From positions 124,001 through 188,000 of the IMG/VR virus record IMGVR_UViG_3300044796_000662: DNA of 64,000 nucleotides, one strand, 5' to 3'. Shown here piece after piece: positions 47,038-55,900 of the stretch. The notes below the pieces were generated by a model, which saw only the letters and a list, made by a program, of their open reading frames with translations, was not told the origin of the DNA and searched no databases. Position numbers and translations under genes: made by a program. Numbering within the stretch: the first letter of the stretch is position 1; every line of letters starts with the position of its first letter.

Positions 47038-48342
47038 TTATCTCCCCTTGCGGAACGTCGGGGGCTTCGCCGCAGACGCCGGGATACTGGGTTGAACCTC
47101 TTGGGGAGGCTGGATCCCCAAACGCGCCATGCGCCGTTCGAACTGCTCATCATGCAGCTCGGGCCAAGTCATCCGCTTCGCATCGGATTGTGCCTCGTAC
47201 TGCTTGTGTCGAACCATGCGCTCCCGGACCTCGACGGGGGTCAGACCCGTCATGTCTGTGCCTCCGACAAGTGCTTTCCCGTCGAACTCCTCTTCGCGGG
47301 CCTTCGCCATGGCGGTCAGTTCTTCACGACGATCTTCGTAGCCCTTTCGGATCTTCGCCTCGGACTGCTCCACGATGATGTCGTGCCAGTCTTTCTCACC
47401 GCGAAGGTCGCTGTCGAGCTGCTTGATCAGCTCCTCGGTCGTGCGTGCGGCAACCCAGACCGCCCCGTCCTTGAGCAGCTTGGGGCGCATAGGCTCCCCA
47501 AGTAGGACATGCCGCAGAAGCTCGTCCTTGCGGGAGATCAGCTCTTCACGCTCTTGCTTTCGGCGCTGGTTGTCCTGGTTGTAGATCTTCGAGACACCCT
47601 TGCCCGCGCTGCACGACCCAATGAACTTCGCGTGATCCCAGCGGTGCTCCAAGTCCTCTCGGAGATCCTCGAAGCGGTTGAGGGCACGCCAGATAAGCTG
47701 CGCCCAGTTCAGCCCGAGCTGCGATGTTCCTGCGATCCCCGTCATGGCCGTCGAGGTCATGTCGATGTTCTGGACCTGGAACCAGCGGTAGCGGGACTGC
47801 TTCTCGGTCACGTAGCACTCCGTCAAGGTGACCGCGTTGCTGGCGCGACGGTTGATCTCGCTGAGGTGGCGGACGATACGCTGCTTGACCGACAGGTGGA
47901 AGTCCCCGAACGTCTTGGCCAGAACCGAGATGAAGTGGTCCCGGTTCGGCAGCACGTTGACGCCGTCCACCATGAGGACGCCGTAGGCCAGGAACATGTC
48001 CCAGAAGCGCTGCGACGGCTGACCGTTCTTCGTGTGACCCCCAGACATGCGGATCAGCTCGAACTCGTGATGGTTGAGAGACTTGAAGACGAAGTGCACG
48101 TCGTTGATCTCGGCGCTCTGCGTCAGGAAGCCGCGATAGAGAAGCGACTCGACGTCCTTGTAGACCTCGGGATTGACCTCCGGTTCACGAGGAGCTTCGA
48201 CTCGCTTCTCTTCGTCCTTCTCAAGCTGGTCCAGTTCCGCTTGCTGCCGATCGTAAGGCGTAGCACTAGCGGGCCGATCGAACTCGGTCCGACCATGGAG
48301 CCTGGCCTGCTCCTCCCGATAGCTACGAGCGGCTTGCGGCAT
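47038..48342 (-). CDS. Tail assembly chaperone (second), 434 aa
   Basis: Immediately upstream of tape measure; AEINDVHFVFKSL..HEF resembles the upstream chaperone N-terminus. Confidence 0.6.
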   Translation of the reverse strand: MPQAARSYREEQARLHGRTEFDRPASATPYDRQQAELDQLEKDEEKRVEAPREPEVNPEVYKDVESLLYRGFLTQSAEINDVHFVFKSLNHHEFELIRMSGGHTKNGQPSQRFWDMFLAYGVLMVDGVNVLPNRDHFISVLAKTFGDFHLSVKQRIVRHLSEINRRASNAVTLTECYVTEKQSRYRWFQVQNIDMTSTAMTGIAGTSQLGLNWAQLIWRALNRFEDLREDLEHRWDHAKFIGSCSAGKGVSKIYNQDNQRRKQEREELISRKDELLRHVLLGEPMRPKLLKDGAVWVAARTTEELIKQLDSDLRGEKDWHDIIVEQSEAKIRKGYEDRREELTAMAKAREEEFDGKALVGGTDMTGLTPVEVRERMVRHKQYEAQSDAKRMTWPELHDEQFERRMARLGIQPPQEVQPSIPASAAKPPTFRKGR

Positions 48343-48345
48343 GGA

Positions 48346-49497
48346 TCAGCGCTGCGGGCGGAACTTGGGGTTGATGCCGCCTGCTGGCCTCGGTTCGAGG
48401 ATGCTTGCGAGGCCCCTCGGGTCCGTGTGCTGTTGTCCACGCTGCGCCAAAACCGGGGTAGGCGCCCTCTCTGCGGGCGATACGAACGTCCCCGGCGGAG
48501 CGTTGGGGGGTGCCACCATCCCGGGCGGAATGACCGCCTGGGGAGGCGCTGCGCGAAGGGCCTCATCGATCATGGCGGCCTCGGCCGGGATGCGGCCAGC
48601 GACTACGGGCGGCCCGGTCATGGCTGGTGGAGCAACCGGAGGCGGACTGACGTACTGCGGCGCAGACGTTGCCGGCTCACGAACCTCAATCGGAGCCTTC
48701 GGCATCTCGGGGATGGGCACCGGCTGTTGGTTCATGGGCACCCGCTGCCTCATGATGTTGGCGACGTTCTGGATGGGGTCCGCCTTCTCGGCGACCGGAC
48801 CACGAGTCGGGGTCGGTGCGGGAGCCTGAACCGGAGGCGGGGCTGCCTGCGGAGCTTCCGCAGCCGGAGCCGGCTGGGGGTCGGAATGCCGCTGGTCGAA
48901 CTCCCGCAACATCTCCGTGTCCTGCGGCGTCGTGTAGAACGTGTACCCGTTCTCGTGCAGGATCGCTTCGAGGATGGGCGGCGGAACCTCCGCTTCCAGT
49001 TCCTTCAGCTCGCCGAGGATGCGGCGGTACTTCTCCTCCGCGCTCTCCTCCGCGACGACGAAGTGCACACCCTCTTTGGCCTTGTTCTCGGCGAGCTGCA
49101 CCGCGTCCGTGAACTTCCGGTACGCCGTGAAGATCGCTTCCTTACTCCACGTCGCCAGGACGTTCTTGCGGAGCCAGTCGTGCACCTCACGCTTGACAGT
49201 GCGCATCTGTGCCCGATTCTTGGGGTCGGGCTCCTCGACCTCTACGAAGTCAGCTTCACGGAGATCGACGCCGTTGATCTCGACGATCGAACGGCAGACG
49301 TGCCCCTCTTGCCACTTGTTGAGGTACGCCAGATCTTCCAGGTCTTTGCATTCCTGGACGACGGCCTCGTATTCGTCGGGACGGAGGTTGCGAAGAACAA
49401 CCTCACAGTCCCCGACCTTGAACTTCTCTTCGACGAGCCCGACAGCCTTTGCTTGCTGAAGAGCCTCGGTGAGGTGCTTTGCGGATACGACTCCCAT
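48346..49497 (-). CDS. Tail assembly chaperone (first), 383 aa with Pro/Ala-rich tail
   Basis: Follows tube gene; EEKFKVGDCEVVLRNL....Y...SIVEINGVDL pattern; AAGGAG RBS. Confidence 0.65.
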   Translation of the reverse strand: MGVVSAKHLTEALQQAKAVGLVEEKFKVGDCEVVLRNLRPDEYEAVVQECKDLEDLAYLNKWQEGHVCRSIVEINGVDLREADFVEVEEPDPKNRAQMRTVKREVHDWLRKNVLATWSKEAIFTAYRKFTDAVQLAENKAKEGVHFVVAEESAEEKYRRILGELKELEAEVPPPILEAILHENGYTFYTTPQDTEMLREFDQRHSDPQPAPAAEAPQAAPPPVQAPAPTPTRGPVAEKADPIQNVANIMRQRVPMNQQPVPIPEMPKAPIEVREPATSAPQYVSPPPVAPPAMTGPPVVAGRIPAEAAMIDEALRAAPPQAVIPPGMVAPPNAPPGTFVSPAERAPTPVLAQRGQQHTDPRGLASILEPRPAGGINPKFRPQR

Positions 49498-49676
49498 CCT
49501 CGATCTCCTTGTCCATTTTGTTTGGACGCGACCTAGAGGATGGCGACGGATAGGCGAGAGCGAATCTACATCTGGATCCGAGTCCCACTACAGGGAGACA
49601 GGAGCCATGTGCATTTGGTCTGATCTGGTCCGATTTACATCTTGGATCGCGTCGCCGTCTCAGGCTGCGTGCCCGA

Positions 49677-50426
49677 TCACACGTTCGGTGGGACCGGAAT
49701 GACCGCCGCGCTGTTGCTTGCGAAGCGGAGCGAGAAGCCCGAACCCGCCTGTCCGTTGGACGAGATGGGAGCGAGGCCCGTGTCGATGAACTCCCCGTAC
49801 TGGGAGAAGCCGTCGATGACGTCAGAGACCTTGACCGAGGAGTTCTCGGCCACCATCGCTGCGTCCGACGTGTAGCTGGCGTTGTACGACTCGAACCAGC
49901 AACCCTCGAAGAAGGTGTACAGCGACTTGACCGCGATGATCGGGGTGGTCGCCGGGTTGAAGATGAACTGCTGCGAGGGCGAGTTGCCGTTGGGGGACGA
50001 CGCGGGCTGCGCGTTCGGTCCAGCGCCGACGTCCTGTTGGACGCTGATCTCGCTGATCACCAGCTCTTGCTTGATGTCGAACGGCCAGCGGTGGTGCTTG
50101 AGCGAGCGGGCGATGCCGTCGATCCCTGCCTTGTAGCCCACCGTCTGGAAGATGTTGGCCGTGTAGAGCAGGGTCTTGTTGAGCGTGAGCGTCATCGGCT
50201 CAGTGACGCCGGGCACCAGCTCGGCGATCTGATCACCGAAGCCGACACCACGCACCGGGTCGATCGTACGAGACTCGTCAGAGCCGAACTCGGAGATCGC
50301 GCCGATCTGCACGAACCCCTGTCCGCCCACGGAGTAACCGTAGACCTTGTTCTTCTGGGAGACGGCTGCGCGCGTGTTCGGCGCAGTCCCCATCCTGTAG
50401 ATGTAGTTCGTGGTCGTGACCGGCAT
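49677..50426 (-). CDS. Tail tube protein
   Basis: IGAISEFGSDESRTIDPVRGVGFGDQIAELVPG...PFDIKQE...FEGCWF.SY matches the myophage tube pattern; upstream of chaperones and TMP. Confidence 0.85.
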   Translation of the reverse strand: MPVTTTNYIYRMGTAPNTRAAVSQKNKVYGYSVGGQGFVQIGAISEFGSDESRTIDPVRGVGFGDQIAELVPGVTEPMTLTLNKTLLYTANIFQTVGYKAGIDGIARSLKHHRWPFDIKQELVISEISVQQDVGAGPNAQPASSPNGNSPSQQFIFNPATTPIIAVKSLYTFFEGCWFESYNASYTSDAAMVAENSSVKVSDVIDGFSQYGEFIDTGLAPISSNGQAGSGFSLRFASNSAAVIPVPPNV

Positions 50427-50447
50427 GACTGCTTACCCCTCGTCCCT

Positions 50448-51413
50448 TCAGACCTTCGCCGAAGCGAAGAGCCCGTGGATGTACTGAGCTTGCTTGGCGA
50501 GAGCCGTCAGGTCCTTGGCGACCCAGGGCTGCGCGAGATCGACGTTGTTGACGATCTCGGTCACGCGCGACGCGATGGCATAGAGGTCTTCCTTCGCCTT
50601 GGACGCGTTGAACTTGCGACCTGCCGTCACGAGGGCATCGACCTTGACGCTCGTCTCCTCGACCGTGTTGATGATCGAGTCGGCGAGGCCGGTGTTCTGC
50701 TTGAGGCTTTCGAGCGAAGGCTGAGCCGCGGGTGCCGCAGCAGCCGGGGCGACCTCAGCGGCCGTCTTCGGGGCGTAGACCGGGGTGGTCGAGGGCTCCG
50801 GAGCGTAGACCGACTTGGTCGAAGGGCTGGCCGTCTCCACCTTCACGCCCTGCGCACTTCCGTGCGTGGCGCTCGCGGGGAGCTTCTGGCCTGCGTCTGC
50901 CGTGTCCACGACAGGCTTCGAGTCGATGTACCACGCGTCGTTCTTGCTCTGGTCACCCGGGTCGTAGAAGTGCAGCCCGCCGACCAGTGAACGAAGCTCA
51001 CTGTGCAGCTTCGGAGCGATCAGTTGTCCTGAGGCGTGCTTGTCGAGCAGGGTAACAACCCCCTCGATCTTCCCGAGCCTCTCCAGGAGCGTCTTTGCGT
51101 CAGCCATGGCTGGTCCTTCCCTCGTCGAGGTTCGATCTGAGCGCGGGATAAGAGAACTAGTGAAGTCCCCAGCGGTACCCCACCTGGATACATGGGGCTT
51201 CAAAAGCTCTCCCATAGCGTCCAGGTCCACCGTAACTACGGCCGAACCGCCTTGGTTGAAGGCGTCGAGCACCTTACGTGCGAACCGCAAGGGGGTCAGC
51301 TCTGTCACGAACTTCAGCATCGAGACTGGGCCCAGCATCATCCGCTGGCCACCCGGCAGGGTCACGAAGTCTCGCAGACCATCCGTTCCGATGGTGACAA
51401 TCGCCTTCCGCAT
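50448..51413 (-). CDS. Hypothetical protein, 321 aa, with probable second in-frame start at 51107 (219 aa)
   Basis: ATG at 51413 preferred over the track's GTG; internal GAGGGAAGGA RBS before ATG GCT GAC (MADAK) at 51107. Confidence 0.65.
   Translation of the reverse strand: MRKAIVTIGTDGLRDFVTLPGGQRMMLGPVSMLKFVTELTPLRFARKVLDAFNQGGSAVVTVDLDAMGELLKPHVSRWGTAGDFTSSLIPRSDRTSTREGPAMADAKTLLERLGKIEGVVTLLDKHASGQLIAPKLHSELRSLVGGLHFYDPGDQSKNDAWYIDSKPVVDTADAGQKLPASATHGSAQGVKVETASPSTKSVYAPEPSTTPVYAPKTAAEVAPAAAAPAAQPSLESLKQNTGLADSIINTVEETSVKVDALVTAGRKFNASKAKEDLYAIASRVTEIVNNVDLAQPWVAKDLTALAKQAQYIHGLFASAKV
51147..51160 (-). promoter_or_regulatory. Candidate phage promoter CTAGTTCTCTTATC inside ORF 50448..51413
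   Basis: Shares CTAGTTCTCTT with 61025..61037; ~40 nt upstream of an internal RBS and ATG. Confidence 0.45.
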
Positions 51414-51434
51414 GTGCGCTCTATCAGAGCGCAC
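51414..51434. other. Perfect 9-bp inverted repeat with 3-nt loop abutting ATG at 51413
   Basis: gtgcgctct-atc-agagcgcac. Confidence 0.8.
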
Positions 51435-51445
51435 GAAAGGAAACG

Positions 51446-51613
51446 TCAGTCTGCGTCTAGCGCTTCGTCATCAAGCCCGAGGTGGTCGAAGTCGGGAGGG
51501 GGCGATGGGATAGTGTCTCTCCGCCCCTCTTCCACCATCTCTTCGAAGTCCTCGAAGTGGTCGAACACGGGGTGGTCTACGCTGAGCAACTCGTCGATGA
51601 CGGGGACTGCCAT
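51446..51613 (-). CDS. Small highly acidic protein, 55 aa (not in ORF track)
   Basis: My translation: MAVPVIDELLSVDHPVFDHFEDFEEMVEEGRRDTIPSPPPDFDHLGLDDEALDAD; AGGA RBS upstream; fills the intergenic gap. Confidence 0.7.
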   Translation of the reverse strand: MAVPVIDELLSVDHPVFDHFEDFEEMVEEGRRDTIPSPPPDFDHLGLDDEALDAD

Positions 51614-51632
51614 GTTCTGCTTCCTGTACCCG

Positions 51633-52487
51633 TCAGACCCTCAAAAAGACTTCCATCAAATGGGGGATGTCGATGAGGGTGCCCGTAGGTGGGGAACGCA
51701 GCCATAGCTCGTCTGCCGTCCATTCCGGGGGTTGACCCAAAGCCGCCTCAATCTGGTTGAGCAGAGAGGCCGCCTGCACGAGATTAAAGGGCACGTACAC
51801 GCTCTTGCGCGATCCCAGCACCTCGCGATGGCCAGCCTTACCCGGGGGTCCCAGGAGCACCCCTCGGAGGTACCCCTGGCGGTACAGGTCAATCCACGTG
51901 AGGTTCAACCTCCCCCGACCCTCAGCTACTACGAATCCATTTGTTCCAGTTTCAAGGATCGTTGCCGTTGGGAGTTGTTGCCCAACATGGGGGAGACGAT
52001 CTTCCGTGACGTGCTCGTAGATCCACCCAACAACCGTCCGTAGCTGCTCGCCTTGCTCCTTCTTGGAAGTCTCCCGGGTGAAGAGGAGCGTGACCATCAC
52101 AAGAAAGTTCACGAGATCTGGGGCCAGGTGCGCGAGGCCCTGAATGCCACGTCGATGTGCCAGGTCCACGGAGGCAAGCAAGCCGGGCGTGGCCGGATGT
52201 GTCACGAGATCACGGTGCAGGAACAACGTGATGGCGTATAGCGTGTCGAAGTTCTCAAGTGTCCGAGTGACGAACTTCTCTGGCAGCGGACGCCCAAGCA
52301 GCACATCCTCGTAGAAGCTCCACAAGGCACCTGGGTCCACGAGTGTGAACTCCGCCCCGTGATGCTCGTACGCATACAGGTGCGGATCAGCCGCTTGCGC
52401 ACGCGTGAGGCCGGTCTCGAACGAGATAGCGTCCTTGACGAGGCCGTTGACCTTGGGGTCAACGAGCACCTGAAGCTGGATCTCCAC
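51633..52487 (-). CDS. Hypothetical protein, possibly divergent DHH/MYG1-like phosphoesterase fold
   Basis: YEHHG in a DHH-like position followed by NFDTLYA; lower GC3; GTG start. Confidence 0.4.
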   Translation of the reverse strand: MEIQLQVLVDPKVNGLVKDAISFETGLTRAQAADPHLYAYEHHGAEFTLVDPGALWSFYEDVLLGRPLPEKFVTRTLENFDTLYAITLFLHRDLVTHPATPGLLASVDLAHRRGIQGLAHLAPDLVNFLVMVTLLFTRETSKKEQGEQLRTVVGWIYEHVTEDRLPHVGQQLPTATILETGTNGFVVAEGRGRLNLTWIDLYRQGYLRGVLLGPPGKAGHREVLGSRKSVYVPFNLVQAASLLNQIEAALGQPPEWTADELWLRSPPTGTLIDIPHLMEVFLRV

Positions 52488-52496
52488 CGAGGGTCG

Positions 52497-52931
52497 TTAC
52501 ACCGGCTCGGCTTCGGGCTCCGGCTTCTTCGCGTGCCAGTCGATGAACCGACCCGCCTCGATGGCGTCCTCGTGCTCGTCGAACAGCTCCATGTACTTCT
52601 CGATGCGGTCCCGCACGCCGTCACGCCAGTTCTGCGTGCGCTTGACCTTGAGGATCATGTCCCTGGGCATGAGCGGCCGGTTCTTCGAGAAGTCGTACAT
52701 GATCATCTGGATGATGTCGGCGCCGCTCTTGCGGGTCTGCGCCCCCTCGGTCGGAACCGTCGTACGGATGCGGATACCGACCTTCGGCGTCAGAAAGAGG
52801 TCGTAGGTCACCTCTCCCATCGAACTGCCCTGCTTGGGGTGGAGCGCGTGGAAGGCGCGCTTGAGGAAGGTATCCCACTCCTCAAGCGAAGCCTCCGTGT
52901 ACGTCGCCCCTGCCATGCCCTCTCGCTTCAT
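52497..52931 (-). CDS. Conserved-looking phage hypothetical protein, 144 aa
   Basis: Start placed at the ATGA overlap with helicase stop (52928-52931) rather than 53150; IRTTV...R..GADII...KVKRTQNW. Confidence 0.7.
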   Translation of the reverse strand: MKREGMAGATYTEASLEEWDTFLKRAFHALHPKQGSSMGEVTYDLFLTPKVGIRIRTTVPTEGAQTRKSGADIIQMIMYDFSKNRPLMPRDMILKVKRTQNWRDGVRDRIEKYMELFDEHEDAIEAGRFIDWHAKKPEPEAEPV

Positions 52932-55900
52932 GACGGCCTCCGGTCGTATGCGGACACCGCTGGGAAGTCCTCCGGGGTCCTCGGGTCGATCGTGTCCGAC
53001 TCGAAGAAGCTGGCGAGCACGGTGGTTGCGTCCGGCGGCTCGGGGGTCGGGTCGTTCTTGCCGGGGACGTTCTGTCCCTTCTTGAGCCCTGCCTCCGAGA
53101 CGAAGACGCTCGGTCCAGCATCTCGCCCGTAAGCGCTCTTGGCCGGGCACACGATGGTCAGGTTTTTCGCTGCGCGGGTCATCGCAACGTAGGCGAGCTG
53201 GCGCTCTGTCTTGAACTCCTCGGCCCGCTCCTTGGCCAGGCGCTCTTGCGCCTCGGGCGGGAGAAGCTCCTCACCCGGCTTCGGCCTCGGCTCGTACGGG
53301 AAGACACCCCTGGCCATGACCACAGAGGTGTTGTTCCACTGCGCGCCCTTGACCGAGTGCACGGTGGAGAGGGTCACGCAGGGCGGCGCCTTGCGCTCGT
53401 TCGGGGGGAGCTTCTGCTGCTCCGCATCCCACTGGTCGAGATCGATGCGCAGATCCTTCGAGGCGGCCACGAGCTTGTCGATGCGCGCCTTGAACTTCTT
53501 GGGATCGCTCGGGTCCGTGTCCAGGTTCGCTGGATCCGGCTGCGCGATCTGGAAGAGGAAGACCACGTTGCCGATCGGCTTCTTCGACGGGTCATCATCC
53601 GGATCGGGCGGCGAGTCGCTCTCTTCCTCGTGTCCCCCAAATACGGGCATGAGCACGTCGCGCAGGGTCGGAGCAGGAGCATCCCTGCGTTCGGGCACAC
53701 CCTTGACGTTGAGGATGTCGCCGAAGAGGTCTTGTGTCGTGTAAGGCTTGTTCTCGCCGGTCAGCCTGTCGTAGATCTTGCCGACCTCTACGGACTCCCG
53801 CATCCCACGAAGAGCGCGGCCGAGGTTCTCCAGCTCCTCACCCGTAGCCCGAACCTTCCAGTTCTCCCAGCGGCGGGCCGGGTCCATCGCGTCCATGAAC
53901 GCGTTGATACCGGGACGGTCGAAGAGATCGAGCGGGTTGACGTTCTTCGAAGAGGTGCCGAGCTGGCGCGCCCTCTTTTCGACGACCTCGTTAACGATGC
54001 GCTCCGACTCCCCCGCCTTGAGGTAGAACCTGTTCGGCTTGTTCAAGACCTCGATGAGCGACTTCTGCATGCGCTCGAAATCCTGACCCGCTGCCAGGTT
54101 GAAGTAGCTCATCACGGTCACGGTCTCGGGGGACCGGAGGAAGCTCGTGCCGCCCTTGCGTGCGTACGGGATGCCCTGGATGATGCAGGCCGTCTCGAAG
54201 TCGTTCTGCTCCATGTTGGTACGGGTCAGAACGGCGTAGTCTTCCAGCGGAGCGCCGGCGTCCACGTCCTGCTTGATCTGCGAGACGACGCTCAGAGCGC
54301 CCGCTGCATGGGTCGGCGGCTCTTGAACGACGATCGAAGACTGCCCCCGCGGCTTGGACGCATCCGGCACCGCCTCCATGGGGACGCCACGGGGGTGGTT
54401 GGTCATGAGCTGGTTGGCGTGATCGACGATCTCGGGCAAGCAGCGATAGTTCGTGCGGATGGTCTTGGTCTTCCACCCGGGCTTGCCGTGGAACTGCGTG
54501 AGCAGCTCCGGACGAGCGCCCACGAAGCGGTTGACGCTCTGCACTTCGTCGCCCACGAGCCATACGGACTTGCCGTCCGAACCGTCGCCAATGTGCTCGG
54601 ACATCATGGCGATGATCTGGTGCTGCACCGTGTTGAGGTCTTGGGCCTCATCGACCAGGATGTGATCGAACATGGCCTGAACGCGCTTGCGCACGATGGG
54701 GTCTCGCTTGAGCACGTCGCGGAACATGATGATCATGTCCGAGAAGTCGCCAAGACGAGCCTTGCCGTTATCGCGCCACTTCGCGAGGAACTCTCCCCAC
54801 TGCTTCATCGCCTTGGGGCTGGTGTCCTTGCAGGGCGGGCTCCAGGTCTTGTCGATGCCCTTGAAGCCGTTGAGCCAGGCGTACCACTCGGCCTGGTCCT
54901 TCTCTTCTTCCGTTCCGGCCATCGCCTTCGCTTGCGCGGGAGTGATGTCGTTCATCATCCAGGACTGGACGACATTCTTCGCCCGCCCCGGCGGATCCTG
55001 GTCCCGGCATTCCTTCCAGATGCGGGCCATGTACCCGCCGAAGGCTCCCGGGGAAGGTGCCCGGCCTGAACGCTGGTCCTGGTCGCCCGCCTTCTTCGAG
55101 GGCGTAGTCATGAGCCACGTGGTGAGCGCGGCCTTCTCCTCAGGCGTGCCGTTCTCGACGACGAACTTGCGGAACATGCCGTGCATCGTCCCGACGTTCA
55201 TCTGCTTGAGCGCGTCGTCGCCGACCTGCGCTCCGATGCGCTCCCGAAGCTCGCGGGCGGCCTTGCGGTTGAAGCTCACGACGAAGATACGAGCCGGGTT
55301 GACCTTGCGGTCCTTGACCAGGTAAGCCGCACGAGCCGTGACCGTGGTGGTCTTGCCCGAACCGGCGCCGGCCATGATGACGACGCGGCCGTCTGTCAGA
55401 GCGGCATCGAGCTGCTCGGGGTCCAGGCGGGCCAGAGACTCGGGGACGGCCCCGGCCTTCGAGGCGGCTGCGGCCGCTGTGGCGATGCCGATGACCTCGG
55501 ACTTGGTAGGCGGAGCGTCCGCCTCCCCGCTCACATCAAGAGCCCGCTTGGCAGCCTCCTGAGCGTCCTTCTGGATGACTGTCAATCGGTCTGCATGGTC
55601 CTTGGTCGCAACGTGTGCCTCTTCACTGAGGACGGGGCCTGCCACCCTCTTGGCGTTGTCGAGGGTCAAGGCATGGGTGTCGTCGAGCGTGGCCGTTGCA
55701 GCGGCATCCACGGCGTTCTGAACATCGCCAGCGCCCGCGACCTTCGCCGCGAGGTCAATCCATGCGCGCACCCGCGCGTTGCGGATCGAGACCGTGGCGA
55801 TTTGACCCATCGCCGAAGCGCCATCGTCGTACGTGGACGCCTGCATGACCAAGTTCACCTCGCGACGTGCGCGGGCGGACTCGAAGACCTTGCGGATGGT

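Noticed and set aside
52932-53150. Longer 217-aa version of ORF 52497..53150
   Set aside because: The extra 5' part overlaps the helicase C-terminus out of frame and is low-complexity Arg/Gly; the ATGA-coupled start at 52931 is more parsimonious
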